NCBI GenBank assembly: GCA_001179505.1
Contig: CDMY01000234.1
Coordinates: forward strand, 95,361-159,360
Direction: 5' to 3'
From: Vitrella brassicaformis CCMP3155
Taxonomy: Eukaryota > Protista > Chromerida
Length of the DNA stretch: 64,000 bases
In this document: piece after piece, positions 1-12,566 of the stretch
Layout: each line of letters starts with the position of its first letter
Position numbering within the stretch: position 1 is the stretch's first letter
The notes under the pieces: model-generated
Told to the model about the DNA's origin: nothing
Seen by the model: only the letters and a program-made list of their open reading frames with translations
Databases searched by the model: none
Made by a program: the position numbers and the translations under genes

Positions 1-3000
1 ACCGGTATGCTCACGGTCGGTCGGGTAGTCAGTGTCTTCGCGGCGATGGCCCCGGCGACCTCCCGGCCGTCCGCCGGGGAGACGTCTTGCGCCTGCACGG
101 ACGGATCGAATGCACACACAACGAGTGCATGACATAGAAGTGGATGTACTCAGTGGAAGGCTCTCTTCCCTACTTGGCGTTGTAGAAGGCGAGGGCATCG
201 GGGTGCTGTGTCTCCAGCCGAGACGCCTCCATCATATCAAACTGCACAAACACAATGAATGCACCCACAACAATGCACCTCCATGCACTGCAGGCACTCC
301 GTCCGCCTTACCTGTTCGTTTTCGTCGAGGTCGTCCCCCTCCGGCCCTCTGGTGGACGATGAGAGGGTCTTGGCCGCTGAGGCGACCGCGTCAGCACCAC
401 TCACCAATTGGCCGTACTTCTCCTCATACCTGGGGCCACAGGCCATCGATCATGTTGGTGGGATTGGGCAGAGGGGTGGGAGGGCATGCACTGAGTGCAT
501 TACCATCGCTCGAAGGCCTGCAGCAACTGTGTCTTGCACTTCTGAATGTTGTGGTCGATCTGGAGCAGGTGTGCCTTGAGCTCCTTGTGGGCGTCGAACT
601 GCTCGCGATACTGCTTCTTGAGGTCTTTCAGGCGCTTGATGAGGGCGTACTCTTCCTCGTCGATCAGAGACACCGACGAATCGCCGCCCACCTGCATGTC
701 GTTGATTGCATGAGCCATGTGGATGGGCTGAAGGCATGCATGTGAGACATATATGTGGCCACCCACCTTTGCGCCCTCTGCGCTGCGCTCCCTCTGTTTC
801 TTCTGGACCATTTCTTTCACCTCCTCCATTGAAACCTTCACACGGCTTATCTCCTGCACACATCCAGTATAGCCACAGTAGTGGTGTTTGTATTTTCTTG
901 TCTGTCTTTCTCTCACCTCAGCGACTGTCCTGAGCTCTTGTTTCTTGGTCCGCTGATCGATCTTGTTCTGGTTGAACGCCGCCTCCAGCTGTTGCCCCTC
1001 CTCTGTGCTGGCCTTGAAGTCAGTAAAGGCCGTCTGCCGGTCCGGCGGGGCGGGGCCGGCCTGCGCGTCCCCCCTCTGCTCACCAGCAACACCATCAGGG
1101 CTGCGACGCTTGCCCGCCGCCCTGAGGCAAACGAGAAATGATCGGATTCCATGTCTCTGTCCAGATCTCCTACCTTGCTTCCTGGTCGATTGCCCCTCCC
1201 TCCAGCCCCGCCCCTTTGGCTCTCTTGGACTGGTCGGCGGCCACACCCACAGACAACCCCGCAGCCGCCTCCTCATCGCCCACACCCTCATCCGCACCCC
1301 CCGCGCCCTCGGCTGCCGGCTGACCGCCCTCGGCTACATCACCCTCGGCACCTGCTCCTGGCGCCTGTGAGGGGTGTGCGCGTGCTGGTCTGGACTGGAG
1401 TGCCTGCTGCTGGTTCTGGTAGAGCCGACGCATCGACTGGAATAGCTCACGAACCTGCCTATGGGAAGGAAGGAGAAAGGGAAAGGGGAGACGGGGCAGA
1501 ATGATCTGGATGGGTGTTGTTGGTTGATCTGTAACACGCATACTTGATGGACGTGATATCCACGTCTGCCACTTCGCCCTCAAAGTACTGCTCGGCGGCC
1601 TTCTCGATCTCGCGCTGCTCCTCGGGCGTATACGGCTCATACGACTGCACGGACCATCAAGACACAGACAGATAAGACACGACCATCCGCCCTCCACACG
1701 CAATGACCTATCCAGAAAATACCATCTGGCTGCGTCCGCTGAGGATGTCGTGCATGGCGAGCTCCTGCTTGAGATCCCTGATTTCTCTCTCGTACTTGCG
1801 GATGAGCTGCTGGCTGTCCAGCTGGATGTTTTGCGTCGCCTCGTTCGAGACACGCATCATGCGTGTGGCAAACCGGAGCGTACTCACTGTCTCCTCGACG
1901 TGCGACCCCTCCGGCCAGATGTTGGCGATCATCATGGTGCGGCAGTTGCCACCAATCGAGTCTTTCAGCAGGTGGGTGAGCTTCGACGAGCGGTAGGGCA
2001 CATGGTCGCGACGCTTGTCCGAGAGAGCGACAACCACCTACACCAACACACACAAATAAATGACGGCTGACTGTGCTGTGGCCCCCCAACTCACAAATCA
2101 GTCACCTGCTCCAGAAAGGTGAGGCTCTTGTTGATGAATGTCGCCTCTTTCAGCGTCGCCCCGAACGATCCCGTCTTCTTCAATCTTTCGCTGCCAGCGA
2201 GGTCCACCAGATGGATCTTGGAATAGACCACCCTCTCATTCGACTCCACTCGCGACCGGCTCTCCACAAACAGGGTCACCACAAAGTGACTCCGGCTCGA
2301 CAGCACGTTCAACGAATGCTCCGACACCGCCCGCGCCGCGTCGGCCTCGAAGAAAGCCTGGAGACACTCCTCCTCTGTCAATGCTACCCTTCTCGTCAGG
2401 CCCTTGACGCTCACACCGCCCTTGCTGTCCTCCTGGATCTGCTGATCGGCCGCAGTGTCGCCGGCAGAGGGGTAGGGGAGGAGGTCCATCATGAGCTCGT
2501 TGTAGATCTCGAGGGCGCCCAGTCGGACGGTGATGGCGCATTCTGGGCGTGCGGCGATTGCGGTGAAGAGGGCGGTGATGCAGCGGGGGATGATGCCGCG
2601 GTATGCGAAGTTGGCGGGGCCCCCCACCATGGTGAAGGTCTTGCCTGCAACGATGAGACATACCTTGCACACAGACTCTGTCTCACTCAGTGACTGGCTG
2701 ACCAGCCCCTGTCTGTCCGTATGCCATGCAGGTGCCATTGAAGCCGTCGAGCACACCGGTGCCGCCAGTGCCCAGCAGCTCCCTCGCAAACTCATCAAAC
2801 ACCCTCTCCTGCACTCCACACCACACACCACACACCATACACAAGCAAAGAAACAAACAAACAAGCAAGCAGCATCACGCACCTGAGAACAAGCAAGCTG
2901 AGCCTCTCACCTGTGAGGCGTTGTGGAGGACCCGGTCAAACTTGAACGAGAAGCTGTCCACTTGGTTGTTGACCGTTCCCCCAACATCGCTCTTAGGCAG

Positions 3001-3190
3001 CTTGACGTCAATCGCCTGGACCAATCAAATGACACCAAACACACACAGGCGGCAAAATACAAGCGACCTGCTGCGTTTGTTTGTCTGCCTGTCGCCCACA
3101 TTGGTGTCCTCGTGGATGCGGAATGTCTGCTCTGCAAAGCGTCCGGTGGGGCGAGTGCGCACCACTACACGAACGTGTTTGCTCGGCATG
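1..3190 (-). CDS. Kinesin-9 (KIF9/KLP1-like) motor protein, multi-exon, 3' end runs off the window
   Basis: ATG at 3190 (MPSKHVRVVVRTRP). Spliced exons give the P-loop AYGQTGAG|KTFTM, switch motifs SSRSH and LVDLAGSER, FINKSL, HVPYRSSKLTHLLKDSIGGNCRT, then a coiled-coil tail and ...DALAFYNAK|RKTSPP. GT-AG introns keep frame. Confidence 0.93.
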
Positions 3191-3523
3191 ATTGAATCTC
3201 TGTCACATGCGCTATGAGAGTGTATGCGTGTTTGGAACGTGAGGAGGGGGCGTGGGGGCGAGACTCCATTGGCAAGCTCGCAACAACAAATCGGGAAGAA
3301 AGGCACAAGGGCGTCTTTGTATGTTCAAATCGTGCGAGCGCGTAAGGATTGGTTGGGGTGATGGGCGTTAGGAGAGATCTCTCAGTTCTCTTGCTCCTCT
3401 CTGTCTTGTGGTGTGGCTCAGTGTTTCAGAGGCGAGCCCGAGGAAGTTGCACCCCCCGCCGCCACCAAGGAAGAGGCTCCCGCCACCGCTGACACCACCG
3501 CACCTGCAACAGCCAAGAAGAAA

Positions 3524-3613
3524 ATGGGATTCAACCTCGGTAGGGAGCTCTCGTATCATGACGATGAGTGCCTGTCTGGGGTGTGTCTGTCATGCGCCCT
3601 CTTGCCCCGCCTG

Positions 3614-3646
<33 letters not shown>

Positions 3647-4818
3647 GCAGGCGACGTCTTCCCCAACTTCCAGGCCCAAGCATCTGGCGTGCCAAATGGT
3701 GAGGGGTGAGGGGGGCGTAAGGACCACAGCGGATGGAAAGATCTCTCTGCCTGTGTGTGTGTGCAGGCGAGTTTGATCTGTACAAGTACTGGGGGGACGG
3801 CTGGGGCATCCTGTTCTCGCACCCTGCCGACTACACGCCCGTGTGCACCACTGAGCTGGGCAAGGCCGCCAAACTCGCCGAGGAATTCGCGAAGCGCAAC
3901 TGCAAGCTGTGCGCCATCTCGTGCAACGACAAGGACTCCCACGAGGTCTGTGGTGTGCACTCGTGTGTCAGCTCCAGGGAAACGACATGAGTCAGCTCAT
4001 GTGGTGTGTGCGGCCGGTTGTGTGTGTTCAGGGTTGGTCGAAGGACATCATCTCGGTGCAGGGCATGAGCGGCGACATGCCCTTCCCCATCATCGCTGAC
4101 CCCACACGCGCCATCGCAACGGGACTGGGTAGGTACATCCACAACAGCCACCGAATCACATCGACCCGTAACGTACCTGAAGTCAAATCAACTCACGTCG
4201 GTGTGGCGAGCAGGCATCATGGATCCCGAGGAGAAGGACAAGCAGGGGCTGCCTCTCACCTGCCGATCCGTCTTCTACGTCTCCCCGGACAGGAAGCTCA
4301 AGGTACGTGGGTGGGTCGGTGGGCAGGTGGGTGGGCGGATAGATAGGGCGAACACATCGCGGCAACACGAGCTCCTCTGGCCTTTCCCCTGGTCTCTCTC
4401 TTTGGTGGTCGTCAGGCCCAGGTGCTGTATCCCGCCACCACTGGACGTGACTTCTCCGAGCTGCTCCGTGTGCTCGACTCCCTGCAGGTACCCTCTCTCT
4501 CACACACTCACACACAGAGGACAGTCACAGATCTTCGGTCGGTGTGTGTGTGTGTGTGTGTGTCAGCTGACGTCCAAGTTCCCCGTGGCGACTCCCGAGG
4601 GCTGGCAGAACGGCAGCAAGTGCATGGTGGTGCCCTCGCTCACTGACGATGACGCAAAGACCAAGCTGGCCAAGGGTTTTGAGAAGGTCGACGTGCCGTC
4701 TGGCAAGAACTACATCAGAATGACGCCGGTCAGTGGCAGGGCGGGCACACACGACACCCGTGGGAAATCGATGCTGCGACTGTGTGTGGATCCCTCCGTT
4801 TATCAGGACCCCCGCTAA
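3524..4818 (+). CDS. 1-Cys peroxiredoxin (Prx6 family)
   Basis: MGFNLG|DVFPNF...WGILFSHPADYTPVCTTELG (PVCTTE peroxidatic motif)...LYPATTGRDFSELLRVLDSLQ|LTSKFPVATPEGW...RMTP|DPR*. A possible 5' extension starts at ATG 3321. Confidence 0.95.
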
Positions 4819-5804
4819 GTCAAGCCGAGAGGTTCCAACGAGGGAAGACAGACAGGTGTACGCTCAAGCACGCACCACGTACGGACCGATGGGCGCGTGA
4901 GCTGAGCAGCTGCGAGTTGCGTGTGTGTTTCATCAAGGACTTTTTATTGGCCGACTGTCTGTGAGTTTGCCTCTGTTCTCTGGTGAGGTTTTGAGTGGCA
5001 AAGGCGTCAGTCATCGTCTCTGAGGAGCTCCTCCTGCTTTCGCCAGCTGCATCGTTGGTCGCTTTCCGTCTGCAGTGCAGCAGATGGGCGTCTCGCGACG
5101 TTGCAGTGGGTCGAAAACAAGGGTGCGCCCGACCAAACAGACAGACCGCCACCACTTTCCATGGAGGACTTTTATGTCAATCCATGTATGTGTGTGCATG
5201 CGTCCATACTTGTCTTTGTGAGGGAGAGAGTGAGCGAGATCACTCAGGCGGGCAGTTGTCTGACGAAGGCATCCATCCATGCGTTGTCTTTCTCTTCTGT
5301 ATCGTTTTTTCCATCGATCGTGATCATGCATGGCATGTATCCAACGATCCATCGACGCACGCCATCATGTCTGTCTTTTTTTGACACACACAGACACACA
5401 CAGACACACACAGACACACACAGACACACACAGACATATACGTATATGTACGTATGCATTCATATGGCTGTTTTTTTGTCCGCTGGTTTTTCTCACACCT
5501 ACGACAATCACACACCTGCGACCAGGCAGCAGAGCAGGAGCGATTGTGAGCATCTTAGTTGCTCACTTGCAAACTGGCTGAGGTGTAAGGCCACGCGTGT
5601 TGTCTTTGATTTCTGTCTCCATGATGGGATCAAGGATGGGCACCATGTCGCTTTCGCCAGGTAGCCTGCGATAGGCGGGCCAGGTTTTGACAGACTTGAG
5701 TGGGATGAGACGATATATGATGCATTGCAAGGCTTGAACCTTCCTCATCACTGGAGCCTGTGAAGTGTCCACCTCTCCGATGCGACACATGGGGAGAGGA
5801 GCCC

Positions 5805-7235
5805 TCCCCCCATGCCTCCCCCTCATCGTTGCAACCCAATAGCCTTCATGCCCGCTAGAGACACCAGCAGTGTGAAGGAAATTTTTGCGACACACGGCAG
5901 CAGGCCAAAAGGTGCGGGGGGAGGAAGTTGCAAGCTCGCAAGCTCGCAAGCTCGCATGGGAGGGGCCATTCCGGTCTTCCCCCCATGCCTTCCCCTCATC
6001 GTTGCAACCCAATAGCCTTCATGCCCACCAGAGACCAGCAGTTTGAAACAAATTTTTTGCGACACACGGCAGCAAGCCAAAAGGTCGGGGGAGAGGAAGT
6101 TGCAAGCTTGAAGCTCGCATGAGGGGGGCATTCCGGTCTTCCCCCCATGCCTCCCCCTCATCGTTGCAGCCTAATAGCCTTCATGCACGCCAGAGACACC
6201 AGCGATTTGAAGTAAATTTTTGCGACACACGGCAGCAGATCACACGTGGGGAGGAGAGGTGCGGAGACACACGGCTGCAGGCCAAAGGGGGAGGGGCGAG
6301 AATGCCTCGGGATGGAGTTAGTAACGAATCGCGCGTGAAACACAATATCCCCCCCATTTTTTCAAAGTGAGGCCCACCCCTTCCCCCTGCCTCTCCCTCA
6401 TCGCTGGAGCCAACAGAACCTTCATGCACGCCAGAGACACCAGCGATTTGAAGTAGGATTTTTGCGACACACGGCAGCAGATCACACGTAAGGAGGAGAG
6501 GTGCGGAGACACACGGCTGCAGGCCAAAGGGGGAGGGGCGAGAATGCTTCGGGATGGAGTTAGTAACGAATCGCGCGTGAAACACAATATCCCCCCCATT
6601 TTTTCAAAGTGAGGCCCACCCCTCCCTCCTGCCTCTCCCTCATCGCTGGAGCCAACAGAACCTTCATGCACGCCAGAGACACCAGCGATTTGAAGTAGAT
6701 TTTGCGACACACGGCAGCAGATCACACGTAGGAAGGAGAGGTGCGGAGACACACGGCTGCAGGCCAAAGGAGGAGGGGCGAGAATGCCTCGGGATGGAGT
6801 TAGTAACGAATCGCGCGTGAAACACAATATCCCCCCCATTTTTTCAAAGTGAGGCCCACCCCTCCCCCCTGCCTCTCCCTCATCGCTGCAGCCAACAGAA
6901 CCTTCATGCACGCCAGAGTCACCAGCAGTTTGAAGTATTTTTTGCGACACACGGCAGCAGGCAAGAAGAGGGGATCAGGAGCTCTTTTCTCGCGAGCTCG
7001 CAGAATTCAACGGGGCGCGCGGGCCATTCCGGCCCTCTCCCTCATCGCTGCAGCCTATATAGCCTTCATGCCCGCCAGAGACACCAGCGATTTGAAGTAG
7101 GATTTTTGCGACACACGGCAGTAGCCCAAAAGGGGGTTTCAAGAGAAGCTGCGACACACGGCTGCAGGCCAAAGGGGGGCAGGGAGAATCCCTCGGATGG
7201 AGTTAGTGACGAATCGCGCGTCAAACACAATATAT
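5805..7235. repeat. Compound tandem repeat: 7 copies of an ~85-bp core with ~162-173 bp and ~241 bp periods
   Basis: The core (ccctcatcg..gca.cc.aatagcc/acagaaccttcatgc.cgccagagacaccagc...tttgaa....tttttgcgacacacggcagcag) has its tcatgc anchor at 5846, 6019, 6181, 6422, 6664, 6904 and 7066. The three middle units are near-identical. Confidence 0.9.
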
Positions 7236-7271
7236 CCATCAGATTTGATTATTTGCCGAAGGAGCATCATC

Positions 7272-8993
7272 ATGGCGATGGCGTCATCTGAGAGGAGCGT
7301 AAGGTGGTGAAGATGCGTTAGAAGCAGCCGATCTGAGTGGGTGTTGGTGACTCGCTGCCTGTAGGTATTCACCATTGTTGAGGCGAAGCGCAAGGAGGCA
7401 CTCACACAGAGCCTTCCGGAAGAGGTGAAATCGCGAAACAACAGACAGTGGCATGCAGCGTGACGTTGCCTTTCGATTCATTTCCCTTTCAGTTCCGGCG
7501 GGCTTTGTCAGTGGCGGACTCTGAGGAAGAGGCCACAGCTGAGGATCTGCAAACAATTGCAGAGGCGGTGGAGCGCAATGCGTTCGATGTGGACACGCGA
7601 GATCCGGTGAGGGAAGGCACGCAGACCTTACCCATCCAGCCCATGGGTGTGCTTGTGGGTGCATATGAATCAGAGCGGTTCGACTCTGCTGGCGTTGGCC
7701 TCGTCGCGCGGCAAGGTGGACATCGCCACGATGCTTATCGGCAAGGGGGCAGATGTGGCAGCCACGGACAAGGTTAGCCATTCACTGTAGGCTGTAGGGC
7801 AGGCAGGCAGGCCAATCCTTCTCTGTTTTCGGTTAGCTGGGGTTCACGCCCCTGCACGTGGCGGCGGCAAACGGGCAGAGGGATGTGGTGAAAGAGCTCA
7901 TCGACGCAGGGGCAGAGGTAAGCGAGAGGGGACGCGTGCAATGGCACGGACATGTTGGCTGCGCTGTTCCCACGCCAAGCAGGTCAGCCAGGAAAACAAC
8001 TGGGGGGCGCAGCCTCTCCATTTGGCGGCATCGTCCGGCACTCCGGAGGTACGTGAAGGCACAAAGGAGGCAGCGATGGATGGATGTCGTCATTTGCTGG
8101 GCTGCACAGGTGTGTGACTTGCTGCTTAGCACGGGTGGTAGTGTGTCAGCAACCGATCTGGTAAGGCAAGCCGGCAGAGAGCGCACGCCCCTAGAACAAA
8201 GGCTGCGTTTCATATCTCGTGTGTTCATGTATCGTGCGTGCAGAGCGGCCGCACCCCCCTGCTCCAAGCGTGTCAGACGGGCAACTACGACACCGTCGCC
8301 TTGCTGGGCCCCAAGGACATGTCAGCCGTCAACAAGCCCGACTGCGACCAGTACGTCACGCCCCTCCATGCGGCAGCCACGCACGGCCATCTGCCCACTG
8401 TGGAGCTGCTGCTTCGCCTCGGTGCCGACCCGACAGCGAGAGATGTCAAGGGCCAGACACCGCTGCACTCTGTGGCTGCGGCGGGAAACAGGAGAGACAA
8501 GAAGCGGGTATTGGTTGCCCGTGCGCTGTGCGAGGCCGGAGCGGACATGGAGGCTACCGACGATGTGAGAATGGCCGTGAGATGGATGGCATGTCCGAGC
8601 GATATGTATGTATGTCGTGTGTGGTGTGTTGTTGCTCGTTCAGGAGGGCCGCACTGCTGTCGATTTGGCGAAGAGCGTCAGGCACACGGCATTTATCGCC
8701 TACGCAGAAAGGTACGGACGTGGTGTGGTTGATGCAAGAAAGGAGAATGAGTGACCCTTTCTCTGCCTATCCTCAGAGGCGAGCTTCCAGATGCAACCAA
8801 TGAGGCTCCCCGCCCCCCAGCAGCAGAACAAGATAACCCTCAGAATGGTGCAGCGACTGACAGCGTGTTAGAGATTGCTCCAGCACCCCCTGATGGGCTG
8901 ATCACTAATGGCGATGCTGCCAGTGCGAGGGGCCGGGGGACAGGGAGGGGGCGGGGAGCTGGGACACACCTGAGCTACGAGGGGGAGGATTGA
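7272..8993 (+). CDS. Ankyrin-repeat protein, multi-exon
   Basis: Exons encode SGSTLLALASSRGKVDIATMLIGKGADVAATDK, WGFTPLHVAAANGQRDVVKELIDAGAE, GRTPLLQACQTG, VTPLHAAATHGHLPTVELLLRLGADPTARDVKGQTPLHSVAAAG. The start at ATG 7272 is inferred; stop 8991-8993. Confidence 0.88.
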
Positions 8994-9900
8994 GGTGTGC
9001 GAGAGTGTGGCCTCGCCTGCTTTTTTCGGCGGTTCCTCCCGTGTGGTTCCATGCGGTTGACGTTTGTGGTTGCATTTTTGTCGATACCCAGACTGACACA
9101 TGCTTTTCGTGAATGAGTGACTGACTGACTGGTTCAGGCCAATCTTCTTGGCGTGTCTCCCCTTGATGCCTCCACGCATTCACACAGCCGGTCATTCACA
9201 CCAACTACACAATGATGTGACCGGCCGCAATGATGTGCGTCGGTGTCTGCTGTGAGTTGGACATTACGTTGCAATAGGCGCGATTTGTGAGCCAAAGCTG
9301 AGCGCACGGCCCTGAGTGTGCGGCATTGTTGGGTCCCTGCAGTCAGAAGGCTTGCATCGATGGAATGCGTCCGGATGGCGCTGCGCCGGTCGGGTCACGT
9401 CGATAGAGGGCGCTGGGGCCCTCGTTGCGTGTTGCTACAGTAAGTATCGCTTAAAGCAATCACCGCATAAACCAATCATTTCTGTAAAGCAATCACCCCG
9501 CCCCGATCACTCTGTACACAGTCAAAATGCATCGCATAAACCAATCACCTCCCAAAGAGACTGAAATCAGCCATTCGGGCCGACCATTCATGGCTCAAAA
9601 TGACAGCCAGAAAATGAAGCACCACTCTGTGAAAGAGCGGACCGATGAAACAGTCGATGAACGGAGAAATACAGACATTTTGATGGTCATCCACCGAGAT
9701 GAACCATTTTCGATGATGATTTCCGACGAGAGAATCACAATGTAAACGGAAGAGCATTCTGTCACTCGCGCAGCAATGACGGCGCCACTGTGACGATCAA
9801 CCGAGTCAATCGAGTCATTCAATGCATCCGATGACATCTACCCAGCCGCACACACGTTTGAGCGACAAAGAGTGAGCAGCACGCCTTCTCCCCACGCGAG

Positions 9901-10200
9901 NNNNNNNNNNNNNNNNNNNNNNNNNNNNNNNNNNNNNNNNNNNNNNNNNNNNNNNNNNNNNNNNNNNNNNNNNNNNNNNNNNNNNNNNNNNNNNNNNNNN
10001 NNNNNNNNNNNNNNNNNNNNNNNNNNNNNNNNNNNNNNNNNNNNNNNNNNNNNNNNNNNNNNNNNNNNNNNNNNNNNNNNNNNNNNNNNNNNNNNNNNNN
10101 NNNNNNNNNNNNNNNNNNNNNNNNNNNNNNNNNNNNNNNNNNNNNNNNNNNNNNNNNNNNNNNNNNNNNNNNNNNNNNNNNNNNNNNNNNNNNNNNNNNN
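9901..10200. other. Assembly gap (300 N)
   Basis: N run; its length matches the other three gaps, suggesting a placeholder size. Confidence 1.
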
Positions 10201-11381
10201 CCAGCCACCCGCCACATCGCAGCGCACCATGGTGCGCCAACCGTACCAAGATCGGCCAGCCGAGACGCTCGATCGACCACGCCACCGCAAGCCGTCAAAA
10301 AGGAAGCTGGAGGCCGACGGAGCTGACGGCTCAGATGACGATTATGCAGCAGCCATGGCAGCAGCGGCACACCAGCCAGCGCCGCAGCCCAAGAGCAGAC
10401 CCAAGAGCAAGGCCAAGGGCAAGGCCAAAAGCAAGGCCAAGGTGACGGCTGGGCGGCGCCAACAGCTGAAGGGGATGAGCGAGAGGAGGATCGCACCGTC
10501 GATGACGAGGAAACCATACAGGTACACACAAAAGGAGAACACAATCACACACATGGAAACAATGGATGGGCTTCTTTTTCTCATATAGGCCTTCTCACTT
10601 CAGGGGGTTCCGTTGGGCGAGAAGCTTCTCGCAGAACTCAAATGCTGCCGGTTGCAGGTGGTGTGGGCTTGGACGACATCGCAGATGAGATCGAGCAGGA
10701 GCGAGGTCTCCAGACCCGTTTGGCGATGAGCGAATCAGCGGCCATCGCATTCGGCAAGAGTGGGGAGATGCCCAAGGAGCCGACAGCCGACTTTGAAGAC
10801 GAGGAGGCCGACACCAATGCCGCTGTTGATAAAGGTAGGTGGGAGCAGCACGAGCAACAGATACCAGCACACGCCACGTTGCGCGTGCTGCTCCTTCCAG
10901 TTGTTGTTGGTGATGCGCAGGCCGCCATGAGGGGGATGGCGGCCGTCGAGCGCTACGTGGGTGCCCACTGTTCGTTACGGCTTCAGAAAGCACTCGGACG
11001 ACTGAAGAAAGGAATCAGGACAGAAGCACAACAGAAGGGACACCTCAAGCGTGCTCAGTGACTGAGTTTGAGTGAGTGAGTCGTGCTGCCGTACCTCATC
11101 TTGGCAGATCTGTCGTTCATGGCTCTGCATCGTTGGTGCATGACTCTGTCCATCCATACATCTACTTTTTTGGTGAGATCGGCGCTAGTTTGCCTCACAG
11201 GAAGGCCACCATCTGCCGCTGACATCCTCAAAAGTGACTGAAAGGCTCCAGAAATCACCCTCACGAGCGATCGGCAACCTTTTCCGTAAATCCATATCAT
11301 CCATGGTTTTCCGTCGTTTCAGGGTCGTTTGAGCGGGGAAAAAAGAGTCAATGTGATGGAGGGTGGCTCTGGTGAGTCATT
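10201..11381. repeat. Copy A of a ~1.2-kb duplicated unit with short ORFs (MVRQPYQDRP..., ...GGVGLDDIADEIEQERG...)
   Basis: Co-linear with 12567-13755, with scattered substitutions and small indels. No recognisable domain. Confidence 0.9.
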
Positions 11382-11607
11382 AACGGCGAGAAACCCCGCA
11401 GAAAACAAACAGCAGGTAAAGCAATCATTGCCTTGTTCGCATAAACCCATCAAATCCATAAAGCAACTGTGCGAAAAGGCCGGTGAGGACCTTTCCTGTA
11501 CTTAGCTGAATAGAGGATCTGCTGGGCGGTAAGTCCCAGAGTAAGAGTGCTTTTACTTTAATAAGACCGATGGACTGGCCAGTCAGTCAAAGTTGTTTCT
11601 GTCCATG

Positions 11608-12264
11608 TGTGGCATCATGAAGGGTGGTCAACACAGATCTCACTTCGGTGATGGCTGATAAGATCGTGTCTCCTCAGAATGCTTTCCTTGTCTTTCCTTG
11701 TCTTCTCATCTCTCCACCCGTTACACAGCAATATACCCTAGCTCACAAGCTCGCAGTGGTTCGTCTTGCCAAGCTGGCAATCCTGACACCCCCTCTCAAG
11801 ACGAACCATCACGGCGTGTACTCAGGAAAAGAAAATCACGAAGAAAGCACAAAGGCATCCAGAAAATGACCATTGGGTAGCGAACGCGCACACACAGTGG
11901 ACAAGTGCACAGATCAGCATAAGCATGAGCACGAATGGTGTGGTGTGTGCACAGATGGAACAGTTACAGCATATCACAACACATCCACGATGGCCTTCCT
12001 TCCCAAGTGACCACAACACACCAAGGAGGTACACAGATGCAGACTCATTCATCCCTTGTTGCCCTTCCACGTTTCAACAAACTCACTGCCATCTAACCCT
12101 GCCTGTAACTCTCTCACTCAGGTACTTGTGCGCTTCACGCCCAAGTCCCTTCGTGAGTATGTCAGCTATGTTCTCACTGGTACGTACGTATCGAACAGCG
12201 AGAAAGCCTGACTGAACTAGCTGACGTATGTAGTGATAACGCACGTCAATGTGTTTCGTTCTGT
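11608..12264 (-). mobile_element. 3' end of a Ty1/copia LTR retrotransposon (RNase H C-terminus, PPT, start of 3' LTR)
   Basis: Minus-strand RTKHIDVRYHYIRQLVQSGFLAVRYVRTSENIADILTKGLG...* is a copia RNase H signature. Downstream TTGAGAGGGGG|TGTCAGG gives a PPT (11797-11789) followed by a TG LTR start at 11788. The far LTR boundary is uncertain. Confidence 0.88.
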
Positions 12265-12564
12265 NNNNNNNNNNNNNNNNNNNNNNNNNNNNNNNNNNNN
12301 NNNNNNNNNNNNNNNNNNNNNNNNNNNNNNNNNNNNNNNNNNNNNNNNNNNNNNNNNNNNNNNNNNNNNNNNNNNNNNNNNNNNNNNNNNNNNNNNNNNN
12401 NNNNNNNNNNNNNNNNNNNNNNNNNNNNNNNNNNNNNNNNNNNNNNNNNNNNNNNNNNNNNNNNNNNNNNNNNNNNNNNNNNNNNNNNNNNNNNNNNNNN
12501 NNNNNNNNNNNNNNNNNNNNNNNNNNNNNNNNNNNNNNNNNNNNNNNNNNNNNNNNNNNNNNNN
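12265..12564. other. Assembly gap (300 N), probably hiding the copia internal region
   Basis: N run abutting the RNase H frame. Confidence 1.
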
Positions 12565-12566
12565 AC

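Noticed and set aside
3361-3493. Signal-peptide-like ORF MGVRRDLSVLLLLSVLW upstream of Prx
   Set aside because: Out of frame with Prx, terminates early, and overlaps the pyrimidine tract of the putative intron.
5805-7235. CRISPR-like array or repeat-protein ORFs (e.g. 6318-6950 minus)
   Set aside because: The spacers are themselves repeated, the core is too long, there are no cas genes and the context is eukaryotic. Periods of 241/242/240 break frame, so the ORFs are artefacts.
12020-12079. TGTTGAAA as the copia LTR start
   Set aside because: A much better PPT+TG junction exists at 11797-11788.
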